64,000 nt of DNA from Camelus ferus (Eukaryota), in assembly GCF_009834535.1 (NCBI RefSeq), contig NC_045697.1, positions 2,606,001 to 2,670,000 on the forward strand, in the 5' to 3' direction. The notes below the pieces were generated by a model. That model saw only the letters and a list, made by a program, of their open reading frames with translations. It was not told where the DNA came from and did not search any database. Position numbers and translations under genes: made by a program. Shown piece after piece: positions 23,900 through 36,625 of this stretch (position 1 is its first letter; the number at the start of each line of letters is the position of its first letter).

Positions 23900-24800
23900 A
23901 CCATGATCCTAATATACCTATTTATTGAGTGAATCAATGCTTACCTTCAACCTTTTGTTTAACTACAACTTTTCTAATCCTGAGATTTTTAAATTTTTAA
24001 TCATATTTTATCAAATTACTTTCCCAAAGTGGTATATTTCCCATGAGAAGGGTCCTAAATGCCCTGTTTTCTGGATTCTTGCATGCTTGCACATTGACAT
24101 TGCCTATTTTTGCCTTTGCCCCCAGGGGCCACCCTGGCTGGGTGTGGAGTCCCTGGGTTGCACTTCTTTCTTTAGCTCCTTTTATCTTCAGTTGGCTGGA
24201 CTTGGTCATGAAGTATTTTTTTCCGAGAGGGACTTTCGGCTGCTATTTGCTGTGAACAATCTCGTGCTTGAGAATCTCAGCTGGATGCCTTGTCCTTGGG
24301 CTGCTTTTTTAAAATCTTAGTTTTTCCTCCACAAGCTCTTTCATCCAGAGATATTTTTGTGGCATTGAAGGATGCTGCAGTCATTTGATAACAGCCTTAC
24401 TGGTTTTGCCTGCCTGACCTAAACATGCCCCTTTATCCTCCAAGTTCAATAATCTGACCAGGAGCACGTCAGTGTGGCCCACTGGCCATCACCTTGCCCT
24501 GGAAAATGATCAGCTGCTCAGTTTGCAAGTTTGCCTTTTCCTCCTTCCAGGGAAGGTTTCTCCTGTATGATCTCATGATCTTACAATCACGTGTCTAATT
24601 GCTGTTCCATCTCAGGGGTCACCTCCTCAGGGTCACCAGCTGGTGGACTGGTGGAATCGTTTTGCTCTTCCCCGATCCTCCCCCTGGTTGTTTCAACACC
24701 CTTGTCTTTCTGCTCTGATTCATTTGTTTGCCATTACTTAGTTTTGGCCGTTTGGCCAAATCCATGTGAACCGTTAAAAAGGGGCAGCCCTGGGAGGTTG
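23900..24800 (-). mobile_element. Very old L1M/HAL1 ORF1-region fragment, antisense
   Basis: T-rich. ccctggctgggtgtggagtccctgggttgcacttctttc resembles antisense L1M ORF1. Confidence 0.45.
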
Positions 24801-25744
24801 TCTGTGTCTCGTGGGACCCTGAGCCCCTCACTCCCAAGGGTCTTCCTGGCCTTCCTCTGGGGTGTCTGCCCCTCTGCTTTGTCGCTGTCCTTCAGTGGGT
24901 GTGCTCAGAGTTTTGTCAGCCCACCTTCTCCCCTGCAAAGGGGCACCCGGGGGTCATGTCCTGATGCCAGGGCCTGTGTTTCCTTTGGTCTCTTCCACGA
25001 AATCAGACAGCAGGCTGTTGGACCCTATAAAGTAATTGCCTGGACGTTGCCAACGAACTTCCATGAGCTTGTATGTGTTGTAATGTTCACTGCACTCCCT
25101 GATTGGGAAGGGGAGCCCAGGCTCTCATCCCTAGCCACCCCCTTTACTTGGGCGTCTAAGGGGCACTTGAGAACTGTCCCTCAGTGGCAGTGTGGACAAC
25201 AGATGGCAGGAACAGTTGGATCGGCAATGAGCCCAGTCAAAATGAGGAGGCCATGGAGATGGAGAGTGGCGCTGGGGCCAGGAGGGCCCGGCGTGCTGTG
25301 TGTGACAGTTACCTGCCATCGTTCATGTCCTGTCTTGGGAACGTCTCCTTGGTTGTCTGGAGCCGTCCCTGCGATCTGTCACTTATTTAACTCTTCGTGT
25401 GTCTCGGTCCTATTTCCCAGCTGCACTGCCAGCCCCTGGTGGGCAGGACAGGCTCTCAGGCTCTGCTCTGCCTGCAGACCCCAGCCCAGGACCTGTCACC
25501 GGTTAGCATGGGCCAGGGACCTGGGTCTGGCTTTGGCTGCCATCTCAGACTGCGGAGCCGGTGCAGCCCTGGGAGGGGGCACTTCCCAGAAGCGGACGGC
25601 CTATGAGCTTCTAATCAGGCCTCTTGCTGATGCCAGGGGCTCCTCCATCCCCTTGGCCCTTGACCTCCAACTGCCTCCTTCCACTCTGCATTCCACATCA
25701 TAGGGAACTGTGCTCCCACGGGCAAGGGAAGGGGGCAGAGCCTT

Positions 25745-25880
25745 CTTATGGGCTGAGAAATCCTATAATCAATTCGGCATAAACTATGTACTTCCCATGT
25801 AAATTAATCTTGGATAGCTGTCGCAAGAACAATGACTCAGAACCGTAATTCCCGTGTTTGCCACATTAGGGTTCTCCCCC
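25745..25880. promoter_or_regulatory. Small candidate regulatory island
   Basis: AT-rich patch with ATAATCAAT, GCATAAA, AAATTAATC, AACAATG (Sox-like) and TGACTCA (AP-1). Confidence 0.3.
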
Positions 25881-26954
25881 CACCTGCCCCAACCCCGCCC
25901 CCAGCACTTGCCCGGCACCTGGTCTGCCTCCCGCTCAGGTGCCAAGGATCGGAGGTGTCAGGCCAGGCTCCTGTCATCAATGGCCCCGGCCCTGTGGTGA
26001 CATGACTCTGTAAGAGTGGTGGGTCCTGCCACTGAGCTGCGCAGAGGGGCTGGGGACAAGGGGCGAGGCGGGGAGGCTGCCTCCTCGAGCTTGCGCTGCC
26101 TTATGTCCCTTTGCCAGATGGTCCCCTCCTGCCTGTTTCTGTGGGCAAGGATCTGACTTCCATGCCTGGTGTGGGGTGGGTGGGAAAGCTATGGTGCTAC
26201 CAGCCCCACGGGGACAGAAGGACAGACGAGGGGAAGGGCCATCCGGGGAGTACACCAACCACCCAGAGTCTCTCTGGCCCGGTGCTCTGTGCTCTCACTA
26301 CGCAGGCATGGTGGCTGCGGAGAAACCCCACCTGCTTCACCCTTTTGCGAAAGTTTTCATCTCTCCCCAGCTTGGTGGGGACCCCCAGGTCAGGGCCCGC
26401 GTGTGTCCTGCTGTGTCTCCAGCACCCAGCGCAGGAGGGCATGGCAAACCCTAGCTCATCCATCAGTTAATGCTCCGTTCTCACTGGTACTAACCCCGCA
26501 GCGCGGTAAGGACGAGGCTGAGGTTCTCAGCTGAGAGGAGGACCGGGAATGTGGGGAAGGGGCAGTTCTGGGGCCACTGCTCCCCACCCGATGCTGCTGG
26601 GCGTAAATCACCTCCCGAGCCTCGGATTTTCTCAGCTGTCCAATAGAGACAATTCTAAAATGCGCCTCATCGAGGGCAAACTTACTAACTCCTGCGAAGG
26701 GTGTTTATCATTCTGAGGCTTCAGTTAGATCAGCCACCTGAGTTCGCTACAGACACACCTGGTTTCAGCCATTCGTGAAGTCAGTGCATCGTGCCGAGTG
26801 CCTACGATTCAAGCAGGGTCCAGGTGCCAGGCTGAGGGCTCAAGGAGGGCTGACCCCTGGACCTGGCGTCTGGCTCTGGGGGGTGGCCTTGGGGGACTAT
26901 GTCTGAGACATCCTTCTCTTGGGGGCCAGGTGCCGGGCCAGCCTCAGTATCTCC

Positions 26955-27342
26955 TGTATCAGCTTTCTGGTACCACAGACGGGGGGGTGGGGGGACTTCA
27001 AACAGCAGACGGGTAGCTTCTCGGGGCTCTGCAGGCCAGCAGTTCAAAATCAAGGTGTGAGTGGGGTCGTGATCCCTCAGGAGCCTCCAGGGGAGGTGGC
27101 TCCAGGCGTCCCTGGGCTCGTGGCCGAGTCTCTCCAGTGTATTCTCCGTCCTCACGTGGCCTTCCCCCGGCTCCCTGGGTATCTTTCTCTGTCTCTTATA
27201 CAGACACCAGTCATTAGACCCAGGGTCCACCCTAACCCCATCCTTACCTCTGTTTCATCCGCGAAGACCCCGTTTCCAAATAAAGTCACATTCTGAGATT
27301 CCAGGTGGACATGAGTTTTGGAGACATGACTCATGCACTGTA
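26955..27342 (-). mobile_element. MLT1C-like solo LTR with intact TSD
   Basis: ccgcgaagaccccgtttccaaataaagtcacattctgag. Perfect 5-bp TSD TCTCC at 26950-26954 and 27343-27347. Confidence 0.85.
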
Positions 27343-27757
27343 TCTCCTGATACTCACCACTGGCCACGAGAGCATCCCCACCGCCCTCCTTCCTGCTCTC
27401 AGAGGTTAAGGCACCGCCTTCGGCCTGGGGAAGCCTGGTCCCGCCTGCCCAGCGCCACACGCATCCCAGGGCCGGGCTCCAGCTCTGCCCTTTTCTGGGC
27501 TGTGGGACGTGTCCCACATCATGCCAGGCACTGAGCGTGCCCTGAGACCACAGGATTAGGGCGATGGGGACCACGCCCACCCCAGGGCCCGGTGTGAACT
27601 GTGCAGGACTCGTGGGGTGACCTCTGGCCGTCAGCATGACCCCAATTCCAGCAGCCCAGGGAGAGAGGTGCGTGAGGCAGAGCCCTGTGGGGAGAAGGGC
27701 CAGGGCACTGGCTCCCAGCACCCCGCAGCCCGGGGTCCCCTTCTCCGTCTGCAGGAG

Positions 27758-28068
27758 CATCTTAGCCTGGGCTGCCGCCACAGAGCACCGTGGACTGGGG
27801 GCTTAAGCCATGGAAGTGTGTCCCCGCACACACGCGTAGGCTGAAGCCTGAGCTCAGGGCGCCAGCAGGCGCAGGCTCTGCCGAGAGCCTCCTTTGGGTT
27901 TGTGCCCGGCGCCCTCTCACTGTGTGCTCACATGGTGGGGACAGAGGGAGACCTACCATATCAGGCCCCCCTGAGGATCCCTAAACCTTAACGACCTCTG
28001 AAGTATCATCACATTGTGGGGTAGGATCTCATATATGAATTTGTGGGGGGACCATTTAGTCCGCAGCA
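27758..28068 (-). mobile_element. MLT1A-like solo LTR
   Basis: gactgggggcttaa...ctcactgtgtgctcacatgg...atatgaatttgtggggggaccatttagtccgcagca. Confidence 0.8.
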
Positions 28069-28939
28069 GGGGCCAGTTCCGAGGTCTCAGACAGCCCTTT
28101 GCAGGAATGGGGGAGGGAGTCAGAGACTGATGACAGCGCCCCTGTCTGGGGAGTGCCGAGGGTCCAAAGCCCGCTCCACTCGCCTCCCAAGCCTGCTCCA
28201 CCTCCTGTGTCCGCCTGATGGGTGTCCCCCGTCCGAGGAGCCCCTTGGCTGGTTCACCTCCATTTCTTTGCAGCCAATGGGAACAGGCCAGGGGTCACAG
28301 CCTGGGGAAGGTGTCCTTGGCTCCTGGCCCTGGGGTCCTGGATCACACTCGACACTTGGCCAAATTGCTCCCTTGCTCTCCCTGAGAAAAGGGGTGGCCT
28401 TCTGGGCCCCCAAGACAGCCGGGAGATGCCCCCCACCGCCTACAGTCCCCATGAGACCTAATTGCTGGTGCCGGCTTGGAAGGACACAGCCACGTCCCGC
28501 GCACAGACGCAGGCGGCAGGGAGGCCTCCCCGACCTGTCATCAGTAACTGGAGGTGCGTTAACATGTACTAAGCAGAGTCCCACGGAGAAGCGCGGGCAG
28601 GAGAAACCGGGGGCGGGGGGATGCCGACCTGAAGCCCCCTCCTGGCTTCCAACTCCGTGCTGGCTCGCGCCGCCAGCAGAAACGTGACCCGCACCTATCT
28701 GCTGGGGCAGCCTTCTCAGACCCTCCTGCCCCGACCCAGCTCAAAGCGTTTCACGTGCCCTCCTGCGTCTCGGCTGCGGCTGCGCACGTCGAAGGGAGCA
28801 GAAGGAAGCCTCTTCACAGCCCGCTTCCCTCGCGTGTCTGTCCCCCACCCCCACCCCAGGACCAGAGCTGCCCACCCACGGCCCTGGCAGGGACAGGCTT
28901 TCCAAATAATCGGAAGCCTCCCACCACTTGCCACGTCCC

Positions 28940-29070
28940 CGTTCAGCATCTCGTTTCACTCCTGCAGCCCCCAGTGAGGAGAAGATTCCTTCTGCTTTCT
29001 TCTGACCAGTAGACTGAAGCTCAGAGAGGTTAGGCCAGTCACTCAAGATTACACAGCGGGTATAGCTTTG
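28940..29070 (-). mobile_element. MIR
   Basis: agactgaagctcagagaggttaggccagtcactcaagattacacagc. Confidence 0.65.
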
Positions 29071-29084
29071 AAGCAAGACCAGAT

Positions 29085-29512
29085 TGTGAGTTTCTTCCTT
29101 GGGGCTGCCACAAAAAAAGGACCACAGACTGGGGCTGGAAAGCAGTGGAAGCGTCTCAGTCTCCTGAAGGCCAGAAGTCTGAGATCAAGGAGTCGGCAGG
29201 GCCGTGTTTGCTCTGAGACTCAGGGTAGAGCCCTTCCTTGCTGGTTCTGGCTCCTGGTGGCTGCCGGCATCCTTGGCTCCTTGACTTGAAGCCGCATCGG
29301 TCCAGGCCCCGTCTCTGTCTTCACACGGTCGCCTCCCTGTGTGGGTCTGTGTCCAAGTCTCCCTCTTCTTACAACGACACCAGTCTTTGGTTTAGGGCCC
29401 ACCCAACCCCGGGTGGCCTCACCTTAGTTACATCTGCCAGGACCCCATCTCCAAGTAAGGCCACATTCACAACTACCAGGGTTCGGACTGGAACAGACCT
29501 CAGACCCCACCC
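29085..29512 (-). mobile_element. MLT1C-like solo LTR
   Basis: ggccagaagtctgagatcaagg...tggctgccggcatccttggc...acatctgccaggaccccatctccaagtaaggccacattcac. Confidence 0.85.
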
Positions 29513-30868
29513 ATTGGGAAAGTTGCCTTAGCTTTCTGCCCTTCCTCCTTAAAGCAGCCTGGTGGAGGTCACCGCTTCCTTCCTAGTCCCGACTGTGGGC
29601 CTAGGAGGACATGGTGGGTGACATCTGGCATGGCCGTCAGGACACCCTCTCTGGGGTCTGCCCCTCGTGTCATATGCAAGGTGGGTGGCAGGGGTCCCTG
29701 TGAACCACAGAATCACAGGCCAGGGGCTAAGTGGCTGCCCCCAGGCACATGAGTGCTTGGTGGTGGGCCAGACAGGAACAGGGGTCAGCTGACCCCAAAC
29801 CCAGAGCTCTTTCCAGAAGCAAATTTGGCACAAAGCTGCCCGATCCTAGGCAATGATTTCAGAAGTCACTAGAAGCTTCTGGTTGGCCGAGATTCTGTTA
29901 GGTGAGTTTTGCCAGGTGGGCAGCCCCAGTTCCCGTCGTGCAGTCCAGGAGAGGCTGGGTGGGGCACCTCTGGAGTGGGGCTTGGGGGCGGAGGAACGCC
30001 TGCTTGGCCCAAGGAGGGGACACGTGGGGCGGCAGCTTTCAGCTCAAAAAGGTGGACATTTCAACAAGCAGAGGTATCTAGGGATGGGCGTCCCTTGCAG
30101 AGTGGCGAGCTCCCTGTCACTGGAGACACCCACGCGGGGCACCCATCCACTCTCAGGCATGCCCTGGAGCAGGTCGTTTGGACTAAGTATTCCGTGGCGT
30201 CCCCGGCAGGCTGACGGCTGGCTCTCTGTGAAGCCTGGGGGTGCTGAGACGCAGGCTGGGGTGAGCTGGGGGATAAGCCCTCACTCCTCAACTCTGGGCC
30301 CTCCGCCGGGGCTCACTGGGGTAGCCCCGAGCCCCGGGCCAGGTGCTCACACAGGTGAGACAGGCCACCTCCTGGTGCCCACACTTCAGCACAAGGCCTG
30401 GGGGACCAGGGTTGCCAGCAGTCTGCGCCTTAGGGAATGAGAATAAAATCAGATTAGCACACACCTCCCTTTGTGCGGGAGTGATGCACGGAGCCCGAGG
30501 CCAGCTGACTTAGTGTGCGGGAAGACGCCGGCAGGAAGGTCCTGGGTGGGGCGCCGCAGCTGGTCCTGAGCAGCTAGGGAGGCGGCTGGAAGAATCAGAA
30601 GACGGTGGACCCCAAGAAAGGACCTGCTAGGCCGCCATGGGCCCCCAACCCCATATGGCCTTGTAGGACCTGTGCAGCCCCCTCTTCCTGTCCCCTCCAG
30701 ACGTGGCCCCTGGAGGAGCCCACATCCTGGTCCTTACGGCCTCTCTGCTGCGGGTCCCGGGCCAGGGGCTGCGTGGAGTCCAGCGCCTCCCCCCGCCAGG
30801 CCTGAGGGCTGGGCACGGGGTCTCCGTGATGAGCTGACTGGCACTACGGTGAGTCTGCAGTGACAGCG

Positions 30869-30935
30869 AGTCTGTAGTCTGTCTGTCTGTCTGTCTGTCT
30901 GTGTCTGTCTCTCCTGCTGTGTCTCTGTGTCCATC
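30869..30935. repeat. (GTCT)n microsatellite
   Basis: gtctgtctgtctgtctgtctgtct followed by degenerate copies. Confidence 0.85.
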
Positions 30936-32329
30936 TGTCAACAAACACCTACCTTTGCCTCGTTCTAGAAAGAATATGCGAGCAAACAAACAAAGCTGCA
31001 TAAAATAAACAGTTAAGGGAAAGAATTGTGGAGAGAATGGGGGGACAGGGAAATAGGAAGGGGGAAACACATGCCTGACTAGCTCCCTTTGGCGTGGACC
31101 CCAGCCAGAAGGAGCCTGGAAGATACCTGTGGGTCTCCCGCGGCCAAGGCAATGAATGCATGAGAAACCCCACCGCCCGGCGCGGGGGCTGCGCGGCCCC
31201 TCCCAACCCGGACCCTCAGTCGGGGGTGGGGGCTCAGAAAGAGGCCCCTGTGGGGCGGAGGACCCTTTGGTGCTCACTGGGGCAGGGAACTCCCTGGAAC
31301 TGGGGTGTGCTGGTCAGCTCAGCTCCACCGAGGAGCACGGTGCCTGGCAGGAACCGGCACACTTCTCTGCCTGCCAGGGTCAGAGGCTGGTGTCCACGTG
31401 GCAGAGGGAGCAGGACATCTCACGGGGAAGGAAGCACATGCGGGGAGGGGGCGGGGGTGTGTCCCAGGGGCCACGAGCTGGCCTGCAGGCACACGTGTGG
31501 CACTCCGGTTGAGGTCCACCTCCAGGGGGGACGAAGGCCAGTGGGTCCTTTCCTGTGCAGCCAGACCCCAGCTCAGCTGGGGGGCTCCCGCAGACGGGCT
31601 GGGCTCCCTGCTTCTCCCAGCCGACGCTTGATGCCCCGGGGACGGGACATGCGGACACTGAGTTTTCCCCGTGTAACTCCCATGACAGCCCTTTGCCGGG
31701 GGCATGAGTCCCAGCGTCAGTCCCACTGTGCAGGTGAGGAAGCTGAGGCACAGAACAACTAGGCCTCGGGCCCCAGCTCGTACCTGAAGGAGGGTGTCCA
31801 GGCCAGCCTGCCTCCCGAGCCTGCCTGGGGCACTCTGTCATCGTCATTCTGTGAAGATGGTAGTTAGGGGGAAACAGAACAAAGGAACCCAGCGGAGATG
31901 AGAAGCTGAGATGGGAGGAGACGCAGGGGGTCGGAGCTCTCCGCCCGCATCCCCCTGCCGGGCTTGCGGGCCACTTCAGGACACCCAGCCCAACCTGGGC
32001 GGGAGGGGGCCCCGCCCGCCGAGTTTTTGGAGCCAGCGGGTGGTGACTGGAAGGGGTCTTCCGGGAAACCAGCTGCCAGCATCTGACCCCCTTCTGCCCA
32101 TTCCCAGGCTCCAGGCCGCCACGCACCCTACTCCCAGTGGAAGGAAGGACTCTGCTCAGAGGATAGCCGTTATCCCGTCAAGGGAGCACTCAGACTTTCC
32201 CTCGTCTGCCCCGGTGACCAGCATGCCAGATCGTCCACTCAGGAGCCCCTTGAAAGACCACCGTCCCTCGTCCCCACAATGAGTCCATCCTACACCCCGA
32301 GAACCCACTGCTCCCCTCGAACAACATAT

Positions 32330-32600
32330 CACTTATACTCTGCCAAGAGCAATGTGGCTGATCCATCCGCAGGGCCGAACTTGCCTCAAGGCCCAGCTCC
32401 AAATGCCCCCTCCTCCAGGAAGCCCCCTGGTCCTCCCAGCTAGTGGGAGCCCCTCTCCTCCAAGGACACACAGCCCTTGATCGCAGCTGCCCACCCTTTG
32501 TCACGTGGCTTCAGCCCCAGATCATCACCCTCGTGCTTGAGTCAGACCCCCGGTGACCGTGAGCTGCAGAGGACAGGCAGCTCCTTCATCCTTGGCTGTC
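32330..32600 (+). mobile_element. L2 fragment
   Basis: aggcccagctccaaatgcccccctcctccaggaagccccc-type L2 motif. Confidence 0.5.
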
Positions 32601-32964
32601 TCCCCGGGCGTCAGAAGGGGCTGAGAGGGAGCCAGGTGACATCGCACTCGAAGGGACTCGGGCGTAAGACTTCAAATAGTGGGGAGATTTTACCCTGTAA
32701 CTGTTTTCTTTATGCTCACCCAGATGACAAAGCAAATGAACCAACAGAGGGTGAAAATGAACCAAAAACCCAGTCAACAGCCCCCCCAGCAGCCACCCTG
32801 CAGGGTGGGGCTGTGACCCCACATGTCCCGGGGCCAAGCTGCCAGGCAGCGTCCCAGGGCTGCCACCGAGTCTGGCCACAGTGGCCTCTGGCCTGGGAGG
32901 GGCCCTTCACCAGGTGTCTCTAAGCCCTCAGCCTCCCCCTGGGGGAGCAAGGCTCTCCTTTTTC

Positions 32965-33755
32965 CGCGTGATTGAGGTGTGGTGGGCACCCCAAGACCGC
33001 ACGTGCGGACAGCATACATTTTGGTGGGTTTGACGCGCGCGTGCACTCCTGACACCGCCGCCGTCAAGGTGGTGAACACCCATCACCTCCCAGATCTGCC
33101 TCGTGTTTCTTTGTTCTTGATTTTGGGGCTTTGCCTTTTGCCATAAAACATGAGCCGTGACACCCACCCTCGGAACAAACGTTCAGGCGCGCAAGGCGTG
33201 TGACCAAGCGGAGGCGCGATGCCGTGCGGCTGCTCTCTGGCGAGGTCTGGGCGCCGACGCCCTGCGCCCTGGGCTGGACGCCCTCTGTCCCCGTCCCTGC
33301 CCCGAAAGCCTCCGCTCTGTGGTTTGCGTCTCTGAGTCTGAACGTCCTAGAGTCCTCGTGTAAGTGGAACCGTGCAGTCGCTGTCCTACAACTGGCTTAT
33401 TTCACTCAGCATAATGTCTTCCAGATTCACGCGTGGTGTCCCAGATGATGAGATGTCCTTCTTTTTTAAGGCAGAACAATACGCCATCGTGTCAGAGCGC
33501 AGTCACTGCCCACTCAGGTCGCGTAGATGTGCTGTTTCCGGGTCCTGACCGCCGTGGATGACGGTGCAGGGAGGGTGGCGTGCGGGCATCTCTTGGAGCC
33601 CTGCTTTCAGCTGTTTCGGTTTATACCCGCAAGTGGAGCTGCTGGGTCCCATGGCAGTTCTGTCTTCCTTTCTTTAAAGGACTGCCACGCTGTTTCGCAC
33701 GGCGGCTGCACCCCTTCCGTTCTTGCCAGCGACGCGCGAGGGCGCCGACTCACGT
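32965..33755 (-). mobile_element. L1MB/L1MA-type 3' region, antisense, strongly GC-shifted
   Basis: Recognisable anchors gtaagtggaa, actggcttatttcactcagcataatgtcttccagattca and aagtggagctgctgggtcccatggcagttct, with CpG-rich rewritten sequence in between. Confidence 0.8.
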
Positions 33756-34385
33756 AAGAGTTGCTCTCGCCTCCAGTGAGGAGCTGCCCGGGGCCGCGGC
33801 TGCGGGGCGTGGGGAGCTGGCTTCTGTGCCCCGGGCTCCTCCGTTGTCCCCTCCCCAGACCGGGGGCTGCGACCTGGGCCTGGAACGGAACCATCTGTGG
33901 CGCGGGGTCCCTGTGTCCGGAGGAGAAGCAGGAGGGGTGGGCACTGGAGGCTCTCTGGCACCCGGGACCCTGCTCGGGGCCAGGGGGGTGGTCCACAGAC
34001 CAAATGGCCACAAGCACCGGTCATTTTCCTTCCTGCCCCGCCCCACCCATCTCTCGCTCTTCTCCAGGGTAAAGTGACAACGTTCTCCAAAGTCTTGACC
34101 TGGAGTTAGGCAGAGAGCCCTCTAAAGTGGGCTTTCCTGCCTCCCCACCTCGCCGCCCCCTCGCCACCCCCCACCATCCCCCTGATTTGGGAGAAGGCAG
34201 CTCAGAGGCCTGGCTTGTTGACAAGTGACTTCTCTGGCCAAGCTCAGGACACGCCAGACAAAACTCCCTCATCTCGTTTCCAGAATGAGGGACGAAAGCC
34301 AGAGGGCATCTCAGGAACTTGGGGTGAGCATTGGGGTCTCAGGGAAAGAGCCTGTCCTTAACTTCCCATCAGGCAGCTCTCTCAC

Positions 34386-34386
<1 letters not shown>

Positions 34387-34442
<56 letters not shown>
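34387..34442. repeat. (AC)28 perfect microsatellite
   Basis: 56 nt of uninterrupted AC. Confidence 0.97.
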
Positions 34443-34444
<2 letters not shown>

Positions 34445-34699
34445 TTACTTCGTTCAAGACAATTATTTTAAGGAAAACTCTGTCGATAAGAAATGATGGT
34501 GCAGCGTGATTTGACTAAATGGGACGAGATCACACGAAGGTCTCCCTCCCCCGCCCCCCAGCCTGGCCCACGTCTTTGAGGTGCCGGGACGCCCTGGGAA
34601 TCGGCTGCCCTGGGAACCCCCGAGCGCTGGCTTTTAAAGGTTAATGCAGACGTGTCTCGAACTCGCCTCCCCCACCCCGAGTGTGGCCAAGCCAGTCTC

Positions 34700-35330
34700 C
34701 TCCTCAGAAGGAGGAATTCGATCAAATGTTAATCCTCTCCACATGTAGAATATCCCAGATAGCCCCGAGCTCAGAGTGCCTTTTGAACTTGTGAACAGAA
34801 ATTGATTCAAGGTGACGAATTTGTAATCAGTTTATGATTGATGGACCGCGTTTCCAGAAAGGCAGCTCCATGTCCCTTCCTCCTTCCCGGGAAGCAAATG
34901 TGTTTCACTTTATCTTCCCCCATCCCGGGACCCGGAGGACCAGGAGAAAGAAAATAAAGTCAACTGCAATATTTAACTTGTATTAGAACAGATGCCACTT
35001 AATTAAGGGATCAGTGGAAAGGAAGTGCTAACACAGGGCTTGGGGGGGCGCCCCCCGTCTGCACAGAGGGCGGATCGGATGTTAAACTATTAGTGTGATT
35101 AGGTGAATAATGACTTTGGAGCTAATTTCGCTCGATTGGAAAGAGAGCAGGACAGGGCGAAAATAGAAACATGTGCGTGAATATTCTAATTTCAAAGGGT
35201 AATTGCAGAGTGCCTGTTCAGGCTGGCCCCCACCCCTTTCTTTCTTCTTTTCTTTTCCTTTCTTTCTTTAATCGAAACTGCCTTGAAATGACTTTGAGTT
35301 CAGCCATAGCAAAGTTCAGCTGGAAAGTTC
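34700..35330. promoter_or_regulatory. Candidate conserved enhancer
   Basis: Non-repeat island with TAATCC (34730-34735), TGATTGATGG (34835-34844), CACTTAATTAAG (~34996-35007), CTAATTT and GGTAATTG. Confidence 0.55.
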
Positions 35331-35441
35331 TCAGGGCAGGAACGCGGGGCAGCGACGACCTGGGGAGGAGCAGAGCCCAAGGGCTCAGGAAACAGCCCAG
35401 CCGCTGGCCTGCAGGTCGGCGCTTCTCCCTGGGTACCACCA

Positions 35442-35471
35442 GGGCAGCGGGCAGCGGGCAGCGGGCAGCGG
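35442..35471. repeat. (GGGCAGC)4 tandem repeat
   Basis: gggcagcgggcagcgggcagcgggcagcgg. Confidence 0.85.
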
Positions 35472-36134
35472 CCTTGACCTTCCCGGGGCCGGGGCGCCTC
35501 TGAGAATTTGAAGAAAGCCTTAAGCCACCCCCATTCCGTCTGATAGAAGAACAGGCACCCAGCACGGAAGCCTCTCGGGCAGGTCCACAGGCCCCTGAAG
35601 CTGCCCCGTTTCCAGCCTTCCTTCCCTGGGCTCCCTTTGTTCCCCTCTGTCTGCAGGCAGCGGCGTCCTGGTGGAATGACTCTCAACGTCAAACGCAAAA
35701 CCAGAAAGAACAAGCCTTGCTTGGTAGCGCCTGCTGGTGTCTGTAGGGTAAATACCCCTCATGGCCAATTTCAAGCCACCGACGCTATGTCACTGGGCTG
35801 GCGTCTCTGGGACGAGATGGGACGTCCAGCTCTCACTGGCCCCAGTGGCTCCCACACACTGCTGCTTCCCCGCCTTCGTCCACGCTGTTCCCCGCACCGA
35901 GAACACCCTTCCTGGACCTTCCCTGTCTGAGAAGTGTCCCCTGGCTCTCCGTGGTCAATCCCCAAGTCCTGGGCTGTGTTGGGGCTCTTGAGGCCTGGAT
36001 CCCCCTGCCGACAGGGCTCCATCACCCTTGCCCCCGCCGCCCCGCTGCCCCGCCGCCACACGCTACCCGGGCGCAGCGCTTTCTACTTCCCAAGCCCCCT
36101 GCATCTGCACCATTCTTTCCCTCCCCTCCTTTCT

Positions 36135-36625
36135 TCATTTTTGTCCATCCAACAACCATTTCTGAGTGACCACTCTGCGCTCCACATCAGAGCAATAGGA
36201 CAGACCTGGTCCCTGGCCTCGTGGGCCTTACATTGGAGCAAAAGGACAGACTTCACTGGGGACCTGCAGGAAGGGACAGAGCTGAGGATCCTTGGGACAA
36301 GAGGAGTTACAGGGCCTCGTCCAGGGCTGGGGATATGAAAGACTCCCAAGGGCATGGAAGCTTGAGCTGAGTCCGGCTGGACAGCACGGATAACAGAGCA
36401 GGAGGAAGGGCAGTGCTCCTGGCAGGAGAAGGGCTTGTGCAAAGGCCATGGGGTGCGCTCACTCAGCACCGAAATCAGACCCTTATGGGGCAGGCGAGAG
36501 GGCAAGGCCAGCAAGGTGGCCTTCACGGTCTCCTAGGGCGTGAACTCTGTCCTCAAGACAATGGGAGACTCTACAGGGGCTTAAGGAGGTGGGATGGGAC
36601 AGTCTTTGACACTTAAAATTACAGT
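36135..36625 (-). mobile_element. L2 3' region
   Basis: catccaacaaccatttctgagtgaccact...cctggcaggagaagggcttgtgcaaaggcc. Confidence 0.65.

Noticed and set aside
24591..25703. 370-aa plus-strand ORF
   Set aside because: No recognisable domain, non-ATG start, composition rich in S/P/C/G/L as in random GC-rich DNA, and it overlaps decayed L1/L2 sequence.
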